64,000 nucleotides of DNA, from IMG/VR virus record IMGVR_UViG_3300027857_000001, positions 1 through 64,000 of that record; one strand, written 5' to 3'. This stretch comes from a virus. Below are positions 47,566 through 57,356 of this stretch, piece by piece. Both the position numbers and the translations under genes were made by a program. The notes beneath the pieces are model-generated. The model saw only the letters and a program-made list of their open reading frames with translations, was not told the origin of the DNA and did not search any database. Position 1 is the first letter of the stretch. Every line of letters begins with the position of its first letter.

Positions 47566-48491
47566 GGCCTCGCAACCTCTCCTGGTGTGGCGTCAGCCGC
47601 TTCCGGCTCTGGCTGCGGAACTACATCGGCGTTCAGGTCGCTGCCGTCGCCGTTCGTGAGGATCCCGGCCGCGACGGAGGTCAGCCGGCTCGCGACCGCG
47701 TTCCCGAACTCCCGCTGCGCCACGCCGAGCACCGCCGCCAGGGTGTACGCGTAGTTCCCGGCCATGAGGCCGGTGAGGTAGGCATCACGCTGGACCTGCG
47801 GCGCATTCTCGTCGTAACGGGCGATGCGGTGCGTGTCCTTGATCAGGCGCCACTGCTGCACCACCTCGACCAGTTCGCGGCGCAGGTCGTCCACCGTCTC
47901 GTAGTACTCCGAGACGCGTTGCGCCGTGACCTCCGGGGCGCCTGGCGTGTTTTCTCCGGTGGCGGCGGTCACTGGCCGGGCCGTCGCGACTGCGGCGGCG
48001 ATCCCGCCTACGCCGCCAGCCTCAGCGAGCCGGGCGGTCATGTCCGCCAGCCGCTCGTACTTGACCTCGGTCGTATGGCCGTCCCACGTCGGCTCTGCGG
48101 TGGCCGGGACATGCGCGAACAGGCCGAGGTCGGCCCTGGCGACGTGCCATGAGAGCTGGCCGGCCGGCGTATCGACGAACACGATGGGCCAGTCCGGTTC
48201 CGCGTCGTCGGTGAGCATGACTGATGGATAGCAGGCGGCGAGGAACGCGACGAGGCGGGCACGCTCGGTGTAGACCGCGCGGAGCTGCTCGCGGATTCCG
48301 GCCAGCTCGGGCACTACAGCCTCAGTGATGACGCTGGCGGCGTCCACCGGGTCACGGCCGTTCGCCTTGATGTAGGACGAAATGGCGGCCCTGGCGGCGT
48401 CTTCCCAGAGGGACCATCGTATTGATCCCTGGTTGGCCCAGATCTCGCCGTACGCCTCGCAGGCGGCACGGCCTGGTGAAGTCCCGGTCAT
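47562..48491 (-). CDS. WDGH-motif protein
   Basis: PAGQLSWHV..ADLGLFAHV...WDGHTTEVKYERL. Confidence 0.6.
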   Translation of the reverse strand: MTGTSPGRAACEAYGEIWANQGSIRWSLWEDAARAAISSYIKANGRDPVDAASVITEAVVPELAGIREQLRAVYTERARLVAFLAACYPSVMLTDDAEPDWPIVFVDTPAGQLSWHVARADLGLFAHVPATAEPTWDGHTTEVKYERLADMTARLAEAGGVGGIAAAVATARPVTAATGENTPGAPEVTAQRVSEYYETVDDLRRELVEVVQQWRLIKDTHRIARYDENAPQVQRDAYLTGLMAGNYAYTLAAVLGVAQREFGNAVASRLTSVAAGILTNGDGSDLNADVVPQPEPEAADATPGEVARP

Positions 48492-48847
48492 GACTGGTCG
48501 TCCCATTCCTGCACCAGGCCCTTGAGCGTGTCGGCCAGCTTCCGGCCGTCGCTGGACCGCAGCCGCAGCGCGAAGACGGGGCACACCTGCGCGCTCGTGT
48601 CCTTGCCGGCGAATACGAGCGCAGTCAGCAGCGTCCCGGTCGGCATTCCGGGGTCGCGGCCGGCAGCGACGGCAGATGCGGCTCGCTGGTCGTCCACCCG
48701 CCCGGCCTCGGCTATGCGCTGGTCGATATCGGCCTGAGTCAGCGCCGGGGGCGAGAAGCAGTTGCGGTCCCACGGGCAGGTCGCGCACAGCATCGCCGGG
48801 TCGGTGCCCGCCTTAAGCGCGTCCTGCACGGTCCTGTAGTCGGTCAT
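48488..48847 (-). CDS. Hypothetical protein
   Basis: CATCPWDRNC...CPVF conserved-looking Cys pattern. Confidence 0.5.
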   Translation of the reverse strand: MTDYRTVQDALKAGTDPAMLCATCPWDRNCFSPPALTQADIDQRIAEAGRVDDQRAASAVAAGRDPGMPTGTLLTALVFAGKDTSAQVCPVFALRLRSSDGRKLADTLKGLVQEWDDQS

Positions 48848-49254
48848 CGGTCAGGCTCCGTTCTCGGGTTCGGTGGTCGGTGCCGGGTCCTGGTCGCGCC
48901 CGCCGCTGATGATCGCCAGGACATCCCCGGCGCTGATCTTCATGTCATCCGGGCGGACCCGCATCGGCATTGAGGCGCTGAGGTCGTCGGCCTTCGCCTG
49001 GCAGTACGCCACGATCGCCGCCAGCTTCGCGTCGGCCGCCTTGGCACGGCCCCGGTCTGAGGCGGCAGCGGAACGCGCACCGGCCAGCTCGGCGGCCAGG
49101 CGGACGATCTCGGCATCGCAGGCCGCGTGGCCGCCCTCCTCCCAGCACACTGCGCTTCCGGCCGTGATGCCGGGGAGTCCCGGCCCGGTGACGACCGCTC
49201 CGGACAGTCCGGCGACGTCGCCGTCATGCGAGGCGTACTCCTGCTCGCCGCTGC

Positions 49255-49572
49255 TCATGTCAGCTCCACCTCCCGCACGGTGCCGTCGTGCTCGATGACC
49301 GCGAGCCTGTTCCCCGCCGCGGTCTCCTCTTCGCAGAACGCCCACACGGCGATAGCACGGCGTACTCCCTCGGTCGCGGTGACGCCCTTAGCGGCGATGA
49401 GAGAGCGGAACGTGGCCGCCGTCCCGGCGCTGATGTTGACCGACAGGCGCACTGCCTTCGGCGCGGCGGCTGCCTCGTCCTCACTGCTCACGACTACCTC
49501 CACTTCGCTGCCGGGTGGATCACGCGCCACCAGAGCGGCTGGTGACGCCGGTAGGACCGGGTCATCCCGCAC
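49255..49572 (-). CDS. Ribbon-helix-helix protein (start uncertain)
   Basis: VRLSVNIS...FRSLIAAKGVTATEGVRRAI. Confidence 0.55.
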   Translation of the reverse strand: MRDDPVLPASPAALVARDPPGSEVEVVVSSEDEAAAAPKAVRLSVNISAGTAATFRSLIAAKGVTATEGVRRAIAVWAFCEEETAAGNRLAVIEHDGTVREVELT

Positions 49573-49642
49573 GTGCAGAGCGGGGTCCGGCTGGTTGAGC
49601 GGGGATCCGGGTCGTAGCGGTGCGGCCTGCGGTACTTGTCCA

Positions 49643-50554
49643 TCAGTGGACTCCTGCTGCCGGGCCGGCCAGGGTCAGCCACGCGCCGAACCCGGCGAGC
49701 AGGAACGTCCCTGCCGCGAACACGGACAGGACACGCTCCACGGCCTTCCCGCGCGGCGCCTGGCCGCCACTGGAGGTCATCAGCCAGCGGACCCGCAGCC
49801 GGAAGCCAGGCGGCCCGATCAGCGGCAGCCGCCGGGCCACCGCACCGGTTACGCCCGTGGATGCGCGGCGGGCAGCCTCCCGCTCGGCCAGGTACCACTG
49901 CACCTCGTCGGCCGGACCCAGCGAGGCATGCCGGGCGCACAGCCACGAGCCGAGGATGCCCAGCAGGATGATCTCCCAGTGCCCGGCCGCGATGAACCCG
50001 TTCGCCTCGTTCGCCAGCACGCCGCTCCCGGGGACCGCCCAGCCGTGCTGCCGCATCCACGTCACCCGCCAGATGATCACGCCGCCCACCGCGACGCCGG
50101 GGACCGCGTACAGCAGGGCGAGCAGCGGGGTCGCGGCCAGCCGGTGCCACGAGTACACCCGGCGCTCCGTCCGCGGCTTCGCGAACAGGAAGAACACCAC
50201 GACGCCCGTGATGATCCCGATGACCAGGTCGCGGGCGGCGTGCCGGTCGAATACCCACCACGCCGGCGCGGACTGCCCGGCGAACCAGTGCTCGTGCAGC
50301 ATGTTCCGGATGTGCACGGGGAGCCGGTCCCAGAGGTCTTTCGGCCCGTAGTCCCACACCCTGTGCCCAGCCGGGTAGTCGAAGCCGACCTGGAGCTGGA
50401 TGACCAGGAAGTACAGGGCATCGACGGCCCAGCGGACGACGTGGCCGATGATCACCACCCAGGCGATGTTCTCGGCGATTCCGGCCGCACCGAGCTTCAG
50501 GCGCGGAGCCATGGCCGTGGCTGCGGTCCGGGTGCCGGCCTGCGCGGCGGTCAT
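49643..50554 (-). CDS. Multi-pass membrane protein
   Basis: At least 5 hydrophobic segments. Confidence 0.6.
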   Translation of the reverse strand: MTAAQAGTRTAATAMAPRLKLGAAGIAENIAWVVIIGHVVRWAVDALYFLVIQLQVGFDYPAGHRVWDYGPKDLWDRLPVHIRNMLHEHWFAGQSAPAWWVFDRHAARDLVIGIITGVVVFFLFAKPRTERRVYSWHRLAATPLLALLYAVPGVAVGGVIIWRVTWMRQHGWAVPGSGVLANEANGFIAAGHWEIILLGILGSWLCARHASLGPADEVQWYLAEREAARRASTGVTGAVARRLPLIGPPGFRLRVRWLMTSSGGQAPRGKAVERVLSVFAAGTFLLAGFGAWLTLAGPAAGVH

Positions 50555-50611
50555 CTGGGACCGCCCGTGAGACCCGTGGCTTCAGCCACGGGGAGGTGAG
50601 GGCGAAGCTGG

Positions 50612-50758
50612 TTAAACGTTCCGCGGGTTCTCGGCATAGCGCTTGATGACCTCCAAGGTTGCGCCGCCCACCGTGGCGACGAAATAGCTGCTTGTTCACA
50701 GAGCCGGCAGGCGCCGGCGCAGCGACGGGAACTCCCGCCGCAACTGCGCCGTGCTGTA
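50612..50758 (-). pseudogene. tnpA: tnpA (Y1 transposase) C-terminal remnant
   Basis: YSTAQLRREFPSLRRRLPAL*TSSYFVATVGGATLEVIKRYAENPRNV*: conserved Trp replaced by TGA (50696-50698); N-terminus absent. Confidence 0.85.
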
Positions 50759-50760
50759 GC

Positions 50761-51948
50761 GTGGATGGTGTGTTCGAGACGGTGCGCTACACCTACCGCC
50801 TGCGCCCTGGTACGCAGGCGGAACGCGCGCTGCTTGACGAGTGGGGCCGGTGCCGCTGGCTGTGGAACGAGGCCGTCAACCAGCGCAGGACCGGGCGCAA
50901 GCCGACGTTCTGCAAGCTGTCCAAGTTGCTGACCGCGGCACGAGCGGCAAACGAGTGGCTCCGCGAAGGTTCGCAGGTCGCGCAGCAGCAGACGCTGCGG
51001 ACATACATGCTGGCCCTGGACCACTCGTTCAAGGTCAAGGGACGGCGCACGCCGGTGATCAAGCGGCGCAAGGACACCCTGCCGTCGCTTGAGTACACCG
51101 TGCGCGGGTTCTCTGTCCGCGATGGCCGCCTGTGCCTGCCCAAGGGCGTATCGGTACCCGTGGTGTGGTCCCGCGACCTGCCGTCTGCCCCGTCGAGCGT
51201 CCGCGTCTACCAGGATTCGCTGGGCCACTGGTACGCGTCGTTCGTCGTCACCCGCGAGGCTGAGCCTGCGCCGGAAGCCAGCGGGAAGATCGGCATCGAC
51301 TGGGGTATCAAGGTCACGGCCACGGCCACGGACCCGGCTTACGATCTGCCGTACGGTGGGCACAGGAAACGCTGCGCGGCTGAACTGGCGAGGGCGCAGC
51401 GGAAGATGAGCAGGCGCCGCAGGGAACGCGGCCAGCCCCAGTCGAACGGGTACCGCTGTGCCAGGCGGGAAGCAGCGGAGCTCCACAAGAAAGCCGCACG
51501 GCAGAACACCCACGCGGCCCGCGTGTGGGCACGGCGGATAGTGGACCATCACCAGGTAATAGCCGTTGAGGACTTCAGGCCGCTGTTCCTGGCTAAGTCC
51601 ACGATGGCGCGTAAGTCCGCTGATGCCGCGGTAGGTACCGCGAAGCGGGCGCTGATCGAGTATGGCAAGCGGGCGGCCCGGAAGGTGGTGCTGGTTCCGC
51701 CCGCCTACACGACGATGACGTGCGCTGAGTGCGGTACGAGAGCCAAGGAACGCCTCACGCTCGCCGAACGGGTCTTCGTGTGTACGGCCTGCGGATGTAT
51801 CGCGGGCCGTGACGCGAACGCCGCGAGAGTGATTCTCGCCCAGGGTGAACGCATCCTGGCTGGTGCTGACGACGTAAGACAACTCCCTTGCCTCCCTTCA
51901 GGGGTAGCGGGCGGAATGCGGTCTGAGCCAGGAATCCCCCGGCACTAG
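50761..51948 (+). CDS. tnpB: TnpB
   Basis: VRYTYRLRP; GIDWG (D), AVEDF (E), RDANAA (D); CAEC..CTAC Zn finger. Confidence 0.93.
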   Translation: MDGVFETVRYTYRLRPGTQAERALLDEWGRCRWLWNEAVNQRRTGRKPTFCKLSKLLTAARAANEWLREGSQVAQQQTLRTYMLALDHSFKVKGRRTPVIKRRKDTLPSLEYTVRGFSVRDGRLCLPKGVSVPVVWSRDLPSAPSSVRVYQDSLGHWYASFVVTREAEPAPEASGKIGIDWGIKVTATATDPAYDLPYGGHRKRCAAELARAQRKMSRRRRERGQPQSNGYRCARREAAELHKKAARQNTHAARVWARRIVDHHQVIAVEDFRPLFLAKSTMARKSADAAVGTAKRALIEYGKRAARKVVLVPPAYTTMTCAECGTRAKERLTLAERVFVCTACGCIAGRDANAARVILAQGERILAGADDVRQLPCLPSGVAGGMRSEPGIPRH

Positions 51949-51961
51949 CCGTGGGGAAGCG

Positions 51962-52342
51962 TTAACGCGCGTGCTCCGCGCACCCGGCGGCGTCCTGGGC
52001 CAGCTTCGCCTCGCCGGCCTTGCGGACAGCCTTCCCGGCGGCCAGGTTGACGTCGTGCTCTGCTGCCGTCATGACGCACGTCTCGGCTGCCTGCCGGTGC
52101 GCTGGCGGGATCCTCATGCATGCGGCGAACGCGGCCCGGCCGGACCTGGTCAGCAGCGCCGCCTGGTCAGACGGCATGCACGGCTTGATGAGGGCCTCGG
52201 CGGTCTTCTCGTCCGCCTTCACGGCGGTAGACGTAGCGGCGGCCGATGCACGTGCAGCGGCGCTGTGGGTGCCGTGGCCGCACGCTGCGAGCAGCAGCAT
52301 TCCGGCTGCCAGCATGGCCGCTGCGATGGGTCTGGGGGTCAT
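51962..52342 (-). CDS. Lipoprotein
   Basis: Lipobox LLAAC after a hydrophobic signal. Confidence 0.7.
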   Translation of the reverse strand: MTPRPIAAAMLAAGMLLLAACGHGTHSAAARASAAATSTAVKADEKTAEALIKPCMPSDQAALLTRSGRAAFAACMRIPPAHRQAAETCVMTAAEHDVNLAAGKAVRKAGEAKLAQDAAGCAEHAR

Positions 52343-52675
52343 CTCGGGGGTTCCTCTCGGGGGTTGTTGGTTACGCGGCGGCCGGGGTCATCCCGAGCGC
52401 CTCGGCGAGCACTGCGACCAGCGCTGCGACTTCGCAGGCGTAGCGGGCCTGCCACGCCGCCTCGCATTCGAGCCGCCACTCCGCGACCGCCGCCTGCCAT
52501 TCGGGTGCCTTGCGTGCCCGTTCCAGCCGTTCCCGCCGTGCCGGGACCACCAGCTCGGTCAGGCCGGCCAGGACCGCAGGGCGGGTGATGAGCCGCTCAG
52601 CGGCGGCCAGGTCGCGGCGGCTTAGGCAGTCCCGGAGCGCTGCGACGGCGGCGAGGGGATCGGCGGTGCGGGTGT

Positions 52676-52879
52676 TCACGCTGCACCGCTCTGGCCCTCG
52701 GCGGCCAGCCGCGCGGCACGGCGGGCCCTCCAGTCCCGTGTGTATTCCGCGCGGGCCTTACGGCACTCCTCGCACGGCTCCGTCCCGTACGTGATGTGCT
52801 GCTGGTAGCCGCTGCTCGTCCCGTGCTCCGCCTTCCGGCGGCCCACTCCGCTGAACGGTCCCGGCTTCGCGCGGCTCAC
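52676..52879 (-). CDS. Small actinophage HGT..GY..H..CxxC protein
   Basis: EHGTSSGYQQH..YGTEPCEECRKA. Confidence 0.6.
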   Translation of the reverse strand: MSRAKPGPFSGVGRRKAEHGTSSGYQQHITYGTEPCEECRKARAEYTRDWRARRAARLAAEGQSGAA

Positions 52880-54426
52880 GCGGCACCGCCGAACAGGTCA
52901 GGCTGGATCGGCTTCGACAGCCGGACCTTCGCCAGCTCGGCGTTGGCCGGGTCCTGCTCGATCAGGACGCAGCGGAACCCCTCGATGACGCACGCCTCGG
53001 CCGTGGTCCCGGTACCCGCGAACAGGTCAAGCACGGTGCCCCCCCCCGGCGTTACGAGCCGGACCAGCCAGCGCATCAGGTCCAGCGGCTTGACGGTGGG
53101 GTGGGCGGTGCCGTCCGGCAGCCGGGGGCGCTCGGACGCCGGGGCCTTGGCCTGGTAACGGAACACCGGGAAGAAGCGGGACGCCCCGCCGGTGTCGCCG
53201 TAGCCGACCATCTGCGATCCGGCTGGCCGCGATTCCGTGCCGTAGGCCGCGCTGGTGTTTCCTTCAGCGTCGGAGCCGCTGAGCCTGCGGACAGCAGGGA
53301 TTCCGGAGGTTAGAACGCCGCTCTGCCGGTCCAGCTCGGCTACCGGGCAATCGCCGACGCACGACCAGGCCTCGACGGTCTCCGCCCCGGATCTCCGCTC
53401 GGCGAGTCCCGCCTGGCCGCTCCAGCCGCCCATGTAGCCGCTCTCGCCGCGCTCCGCAGGGTGGTGACCGTCCGTCCGTACCGTCCGCATGCCCAAGGGT
53501 CGGCACGCTGCCGAGTGGGTCAGCAGGATGTTCGCCGGCCAACGGCCCGCCGGCACGGCACCCGTCCGTGAACGCTGGACGCCCTTGCCGTTGTTCTCGT
53601 ACGTCGCCCCGAACTTCGGCGCGGTGCGCCTGCTGTCGTCATAGTCGGCGGGGTTCAGGTCAGCGGCCGTGCCGACGCGGCACCCGTCGACGTTGATCGC
53701 ACCCGTCCCGTGTTCCACAACGCTGGCGGCCACGGTCCCTGTCAGTGGCTTTCGGGCGACGAGGACTGGCTCATGAGCGGGCTTGAGGCCGGTGCCCCAC
53801 CCCGCCCAGCGGGCAGCGCCGTCGGTCGCGGGGGCGCTGATCGACGGCCCTTCGCTGTGCTCGGGCTCATCACCATACGTTGCGCCAGTCCACGTGCCAT
53901 TCGGCTTACGCGATGCGAATGGCGACACCCCGATCACTTCGCGCTCGGCCCCGGCCGCCCGGTCGATCGCCTTGGACACATCCAGCGACTTCGGGAAGCC
54001 GGCACCGTAGATCCAGTGCAGGGAGTCCCTGACCTCGAAGCCTGCATCCTCGATGCCGCATGCGAGCCGGTGGTAGGTCCGGGTCCCGCCGAACGCGAGC
54101 AGGTGACCGCCGGGCCTGAGAACCCGCAGGCACTCGACGGCCCAGGTCCGGCACCAGGACTGGTACGGCTGCCCGGCGATGTAGGCCTCTGGCGTTGCCG
54201 TGACCGACTTGCCGTCAGCGGGGTTGGTCCGGCCGTCGGCCCGCGTCCGGATCCGGGCGGCGGACGGCTTGAACGTGTCCCACTCGCGGCCCATGAATTC
54301 GAGCCCGTACGGCGGATCCGTGACGATCGCGTCGACGCTGCAATCGAGGAGCGACGGCAGGACCGCGAGGCAGTCGCCGAGGTGCAGGACCACGTCGCCC
54401 TCGTCGCTCGACCAGTACGGCTTCAC
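52876..54426 (-). CDS. N6/N4 DNA methyltransferase (beta class, large insert)
   Basis: IVTDPPYGL, HPTVKP, VLDLFAGTGTT. Confidence 0.9.
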   Translation of the reverse strand: MKPYWSSDEGDVVLHLGDCLAVLPSLLDCSVDAIVTDPPYGLEFMGREWDTFKPSAARIRTRADGRTNPADGKSVTATPEAYIAGQPYQSWCRTWAVECLRVLRPGGHLLAFGGTRTYHRLACGIEDAGFEVRDSLHWIYGAGFPKSLDVSKAIDRAAGAEREVIGVSPFASRKPNGTWTGATYGDEPEHSEGPSISAPATDGAARWAGWGTGLKPAHEPVLVARKPLTGTVAASVVEHGTGAINVDGCRVGTAADLNPADYDDSRRTAPKFGATYENNGKGVQRSRTGAVPAGRWPANILLTHSAACRPLGMRTVRTDGHHPAERGESGYMGGWSGQAGLAERRSGAETVEAWSCVGDCPVAELDRQSGVLTSGIPAVRRLSGSDAEGNTSAAYGTESRPAGSQMVGYGDTGGASRFFPVFRYQAKAPASERPRLPDGTAHPTVKPLDLMRWLVRLVTPGGGTVLDLFAGTGTTAEACVIEGFRCVLIEQDPANAELAKVRLSKPIQPDLFGGAA

Positions 54427-55148
54427 GGGGCACCTCCGTGCTCGCTGCGGTGCTCAGGCAGCGGGGGCATCGCGGCGAGCTTCTCCCGCAGGGCGGCGAC
54501 CTCCGGGACCCTGCTCGGGTCAGTGCCCGTGCCGTGCTGCCGCCAGTCAGCAGCGGGCCGGGCCTCGGTCGGCCGCCATCCCTGCCCTTCCAGCACGGTC
54601 AGGCACTCAGCGGCGACCGCACGTGGGTACGAGTCGTTCTCCTGGCCCTCGCGTATGAGCCGCTCCAGCGTGTCGATGGCCCGTTCGCGGGTGTCCGTCA
54701 TGACGCCTCCAGGTCTTGCCGGGTGAGGCCGAGCGCCTCGCGGGCCTTCGCTGCGCCTCGCGGGCCTTCGCTGCGCCTCGCGGGCCTTCGCTGCGCCTCG
54801 TGCCGCAGTGTCCGGGCCCGGACCGGACTGGCCGGCCTGGTACGGGCCCGGACCGCGCGGGTGCCTGTGACCGCACGCTGAGTGCAGCGGCAGCCGCTTG
54901 CCGATCGACCCGTCCGGCCGTCGCTTCGGGGCACGGTTGTCGGTGATCGCCAGCCACTTCTGCGTGATCACGGCCGCGTCGGAGACGACGTACTGGGTGC
55001 ACGGGCCGCCGAGAGCAGCGAAGACGGCCAGGTCGTCAGCGCCGGCGGCGGAGCTGAACTTGTGGGCGTCCTCGGGCTGACCGCACCGGCCGCAGGCGGT
55101 GATGGCGAGACGCTTGGCGGGGTCCATCAGTAAGCCCCCTTGCGCCAT
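54423..55148 (-). CDS. Apparent in-frame fusion of two genes caused by a 20-bp tandem repeat
   Basis: Second gene starts at ATG 54701; an alternative frame ends LEAS* at 54698 with ATGA overlap. Confidence 0.55.
   Translation of the reverse strand: MAQGGLLMDPAKRLAITACGRCGQPEDAHKFSSAAGADDLAVFAALGGPCTQYVVSDAAVITQKWLAITDNRAPKRRPDGSIGKRLPLHSACGHRHPRGPGPYQAGQSGPGPDTAARGAAKAREAQRRPARRSEGPRGARPHPARPGGVMTDTRERAIDTLERLIREGQENDSYPRAVAAECLTVLEGQGWRPTEARPAADWRQHGTGTDPSRVPEVAALREKLAAMPPLPEHRSEHGGAP
54733..54800. repeat. 20-bp tandem repeat, 3.4 copies
   Basis: GCGCCTCGCGGGCCTTCGCT x3 plus GCGCCTCG. Confidence 0.95.
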
Positions 55149-55624
55149 TCCTCGGCCTCGGCGGGCAGGCAGCCAGGCCAGATCAAGGCGTCTGCGAGGC
55201 TAGGCGCCCGGAGTTCCCAGCCGTGGTCTGAGTATTTGCTGATGGTGCCCACGATCGTCGCCATGGGCTCGGCGTTCCCGTACTCCCAGAAGTCCAGCAC
55301 CAGGATCGCGCGCTGGTTGCTCCACCACGCCTGCGTCATGCGCCAGAGGATGTCTTCGACTGGCTTGAGGTCATCGGATTCCAGTGAATCCGCGAGGATC
55401 CTGGCCGGCTTCACCTCGACATACTCGACGTACGCGCCGCCGGTCTCGGGGAAGTTCCGCCTGAAGTCCGGCAGCCACTGTCCGCGCGGACCGGCGAAGC
55501 ACTCCGGCTCGTAATCCCAGTCGCCAGCACCCGTCCGGTCGAGGTATGCCGCGTAGTCAGCTTCGAGCCGGGACCGCATCTGGATGCCCTTGTAGAGCGT
55601 TGGCCGGGCCTTGATCACGGTCAT
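55127..55624 (-). CDS. PD-(D/E)XK nuclease-like protein
   Basis: YKGIQMRSRLEA...WDYEP...WLPDF...YVEVKP. Confidence 0.75.
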   Translation of the reverse strand: MTVIKARPTLYKGIQMRSRLEADYAAYLDRTGAGDWDYEPECFAGPRGQWLPDFRRNFPETGGAYVEYVEVKPARILADSLESDDLKPVEDILWRMTQAWWSNQRAILVLDFWEYGNAEPMATIVGTISKYSDHGWELRAPSLADALIWPGCLPAEAEEWRKGAY

Positions 55625-56227
55625 CGAGCAGCCTCGCGGTTGACGTTGAAGCCGGATTTCGCTCGCGTGCGCGTAACGAAGGTGCAAGATATTCCGCCGC
55701 CGTCACGATCCATCTTCGTAAGTCCGTACGTCCGTTCGTTCGTGCGAACGTGACGCGCACCGTGACAAGCTCCGTGACGTTGCGATGCCCTGTCACGATC
55801 CGCGTCACGATGCTTCGTCACGATGCTCGGCAGCCTTCTTTCCGGCGCGGTACTTCGCTGCCCGCTCGGCATCGGACATGGCCTCGTGGCCTTCCCAGCG
55901 TGCCGCAGCACCGGCCATCGCCCGTTTGCGGCGCATCTTGGTTTCCTCGGTCGTCGGCTGGAACTCGTCCCAGCCGTTGATGAGCCACCCGCCCGGCTGC
56001 GGTACCCAGAACCCGTACTGGACGAGCAACTCGGCGTCTCTGGCACGGCCATGGAGGAAAGGGAGCGACTCGCGGGAGAGGAAGCCGTCCGCGCCCTGAG
56101 CGCCGGAGCAGGCCAGGCCGCAGAGATAGACGAATGCCGCGCGGTGCCCGTCCTTCTCGGTGAGCATGGCGAGCAGCTTCTGGTTCTGCGGGAACCCCGT
56201 GTCAAGCCGCACCCACGGCAGTGGCAT
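55621..56227 (-). CDS. Phage replication-initiator-like protein, split by a frameshift near 55810
   Basis: WVRLDTGFPQNQK...WLINGWDEFQ N-terminus; VRTNERTYG tail in a second frame; GTCACGAT iteron-like repeats at 55702, 55792, 55804, 55817. Confidence 0.6.
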
Positions 56228-56361
56228 TCACGTACTCCGTTCACGTCTGCGATCTCACATCCTCAGGGGGCCGTGCAGTTGATGTGGCGACTCTAGTCGC
56301 AATCCTGATAGCGATGCAAGTCGCAATTCAGGTCGCCACGTGAGTCGCGACGTGCTAACGT

Positions 56362-56775
56362 ATGTCGGTCGCTACCTTGCATTGCAACTGGCAATGCGTT
56401 GACAATGAGGGCGTGGATGAGACGGTGAGACAGGAGCTGGCCGAGCTGGAAGCCATCGCGCAGCGCATCGTGCGCCGCAACGCCGCGAACAGGCAGGACG
56501 AGGAGGAGATCCGCAAGCGGCTTCCCGGTTTGCGCAAGGCAGGCGTCGGCCCGGCAGCTCTTGAGCGCACCATCCACCACGTCTTCGTCGCCGGGACGAT
56601 CAGCCGCTGGACCGTCGACGCTGCGGGTACGGGCAGGAAGAAGGGCGCTCAGGCGCAGGACCCCGCCGTGGCTCTCGCGGAGCAGCAGGTCCGGGAGACC
56701 ATCGAAGGCATGCGCGGGGAACTTGATGACCGCCTGACCGCTCCCCCGAAGTTCACTCAGCCGCCCGGGTCCTGA
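56362..56775 (+). CDS. Small divergent gene, possibly DNA-binding
   Basis: One of the few + strand ORFs in the right arm, preceded by a palindrome; real start may be GTG 56412. Confidence 0.5.
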   Translation: MSVATLHCNWQCVDNEGVDETVRQELAELEAIAQRIVRRNAANRQDEEEIRKRLPGLRKAGVGPAALERTIHHVFVAGTISRWTVDAAGTGRKKGAQAQDPAVALAEQQVRETIEGMRGELDDRLTAPPKFTQPPGS

Positions 56776-57356
56776 CCACCCCCGGACACGCCGGAGCCGC
56801 CCGGTGACGGAACATCCCCGGATACCCGCTGACCGATCACGCGCAGAACTCAACCCGCATCACCCGATCGTCCTTGAAGCTCGTCGATCCGGGCCAGCAT
56901 CTGGGCGATCTCCCCGGACTCAGCCTCGGCTGCGTCGAGTGCCCTCAGCCGCTCCCCGGTGTGCACCCTCAGGCACGACGACGCGGACCGGCCAGCGCAT
57001 TTCCCGCAGATCCCGTCATTCGCCGCCTCGGCACGCAGGCCGAACCTGGCATGGCACCAGCAGAGGCCGTCGCCGGGTGAGGTCTTGATGCCCTTCACGC
57101 TGCGCCTGCCGGCGCAGCTAGCTTCGGCCGGCTCACCCGGCATCACCTGCCGCCTCGCAGCACCAGCACCCGGCCGGGCCGGTCCACTCAACCTGCTCGT
57201 GCCCGTCTGCGCATGACCGGGGTCCGGCAACGGCACGGACGGGCGAGCCGGTCCACCTCACCGCGCCGGGGACGGGGCGCCATTTCCCGGTGAGGACCGG
57301 AGCGGGAAGCCGGGGCGGGGGAGGCGGGGAAGGGCGCAGCAGGCGGCCGAGGATGC

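Larger units (their letters stand above)
50555..51965 (+). mobile_element. IS200/IS605-family element with decayed tnpA and intact tnpB
   Basis: LE hairpin CCCGTGGC-TTCA-GCCACGGG (50573-50592); RE hairpin ATCCCCCGGCACTAGCCGTGGGGAAG ending TTAA at 51965; empty site reconstructs an ATGA gene overlap. Confidence 0.85.
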
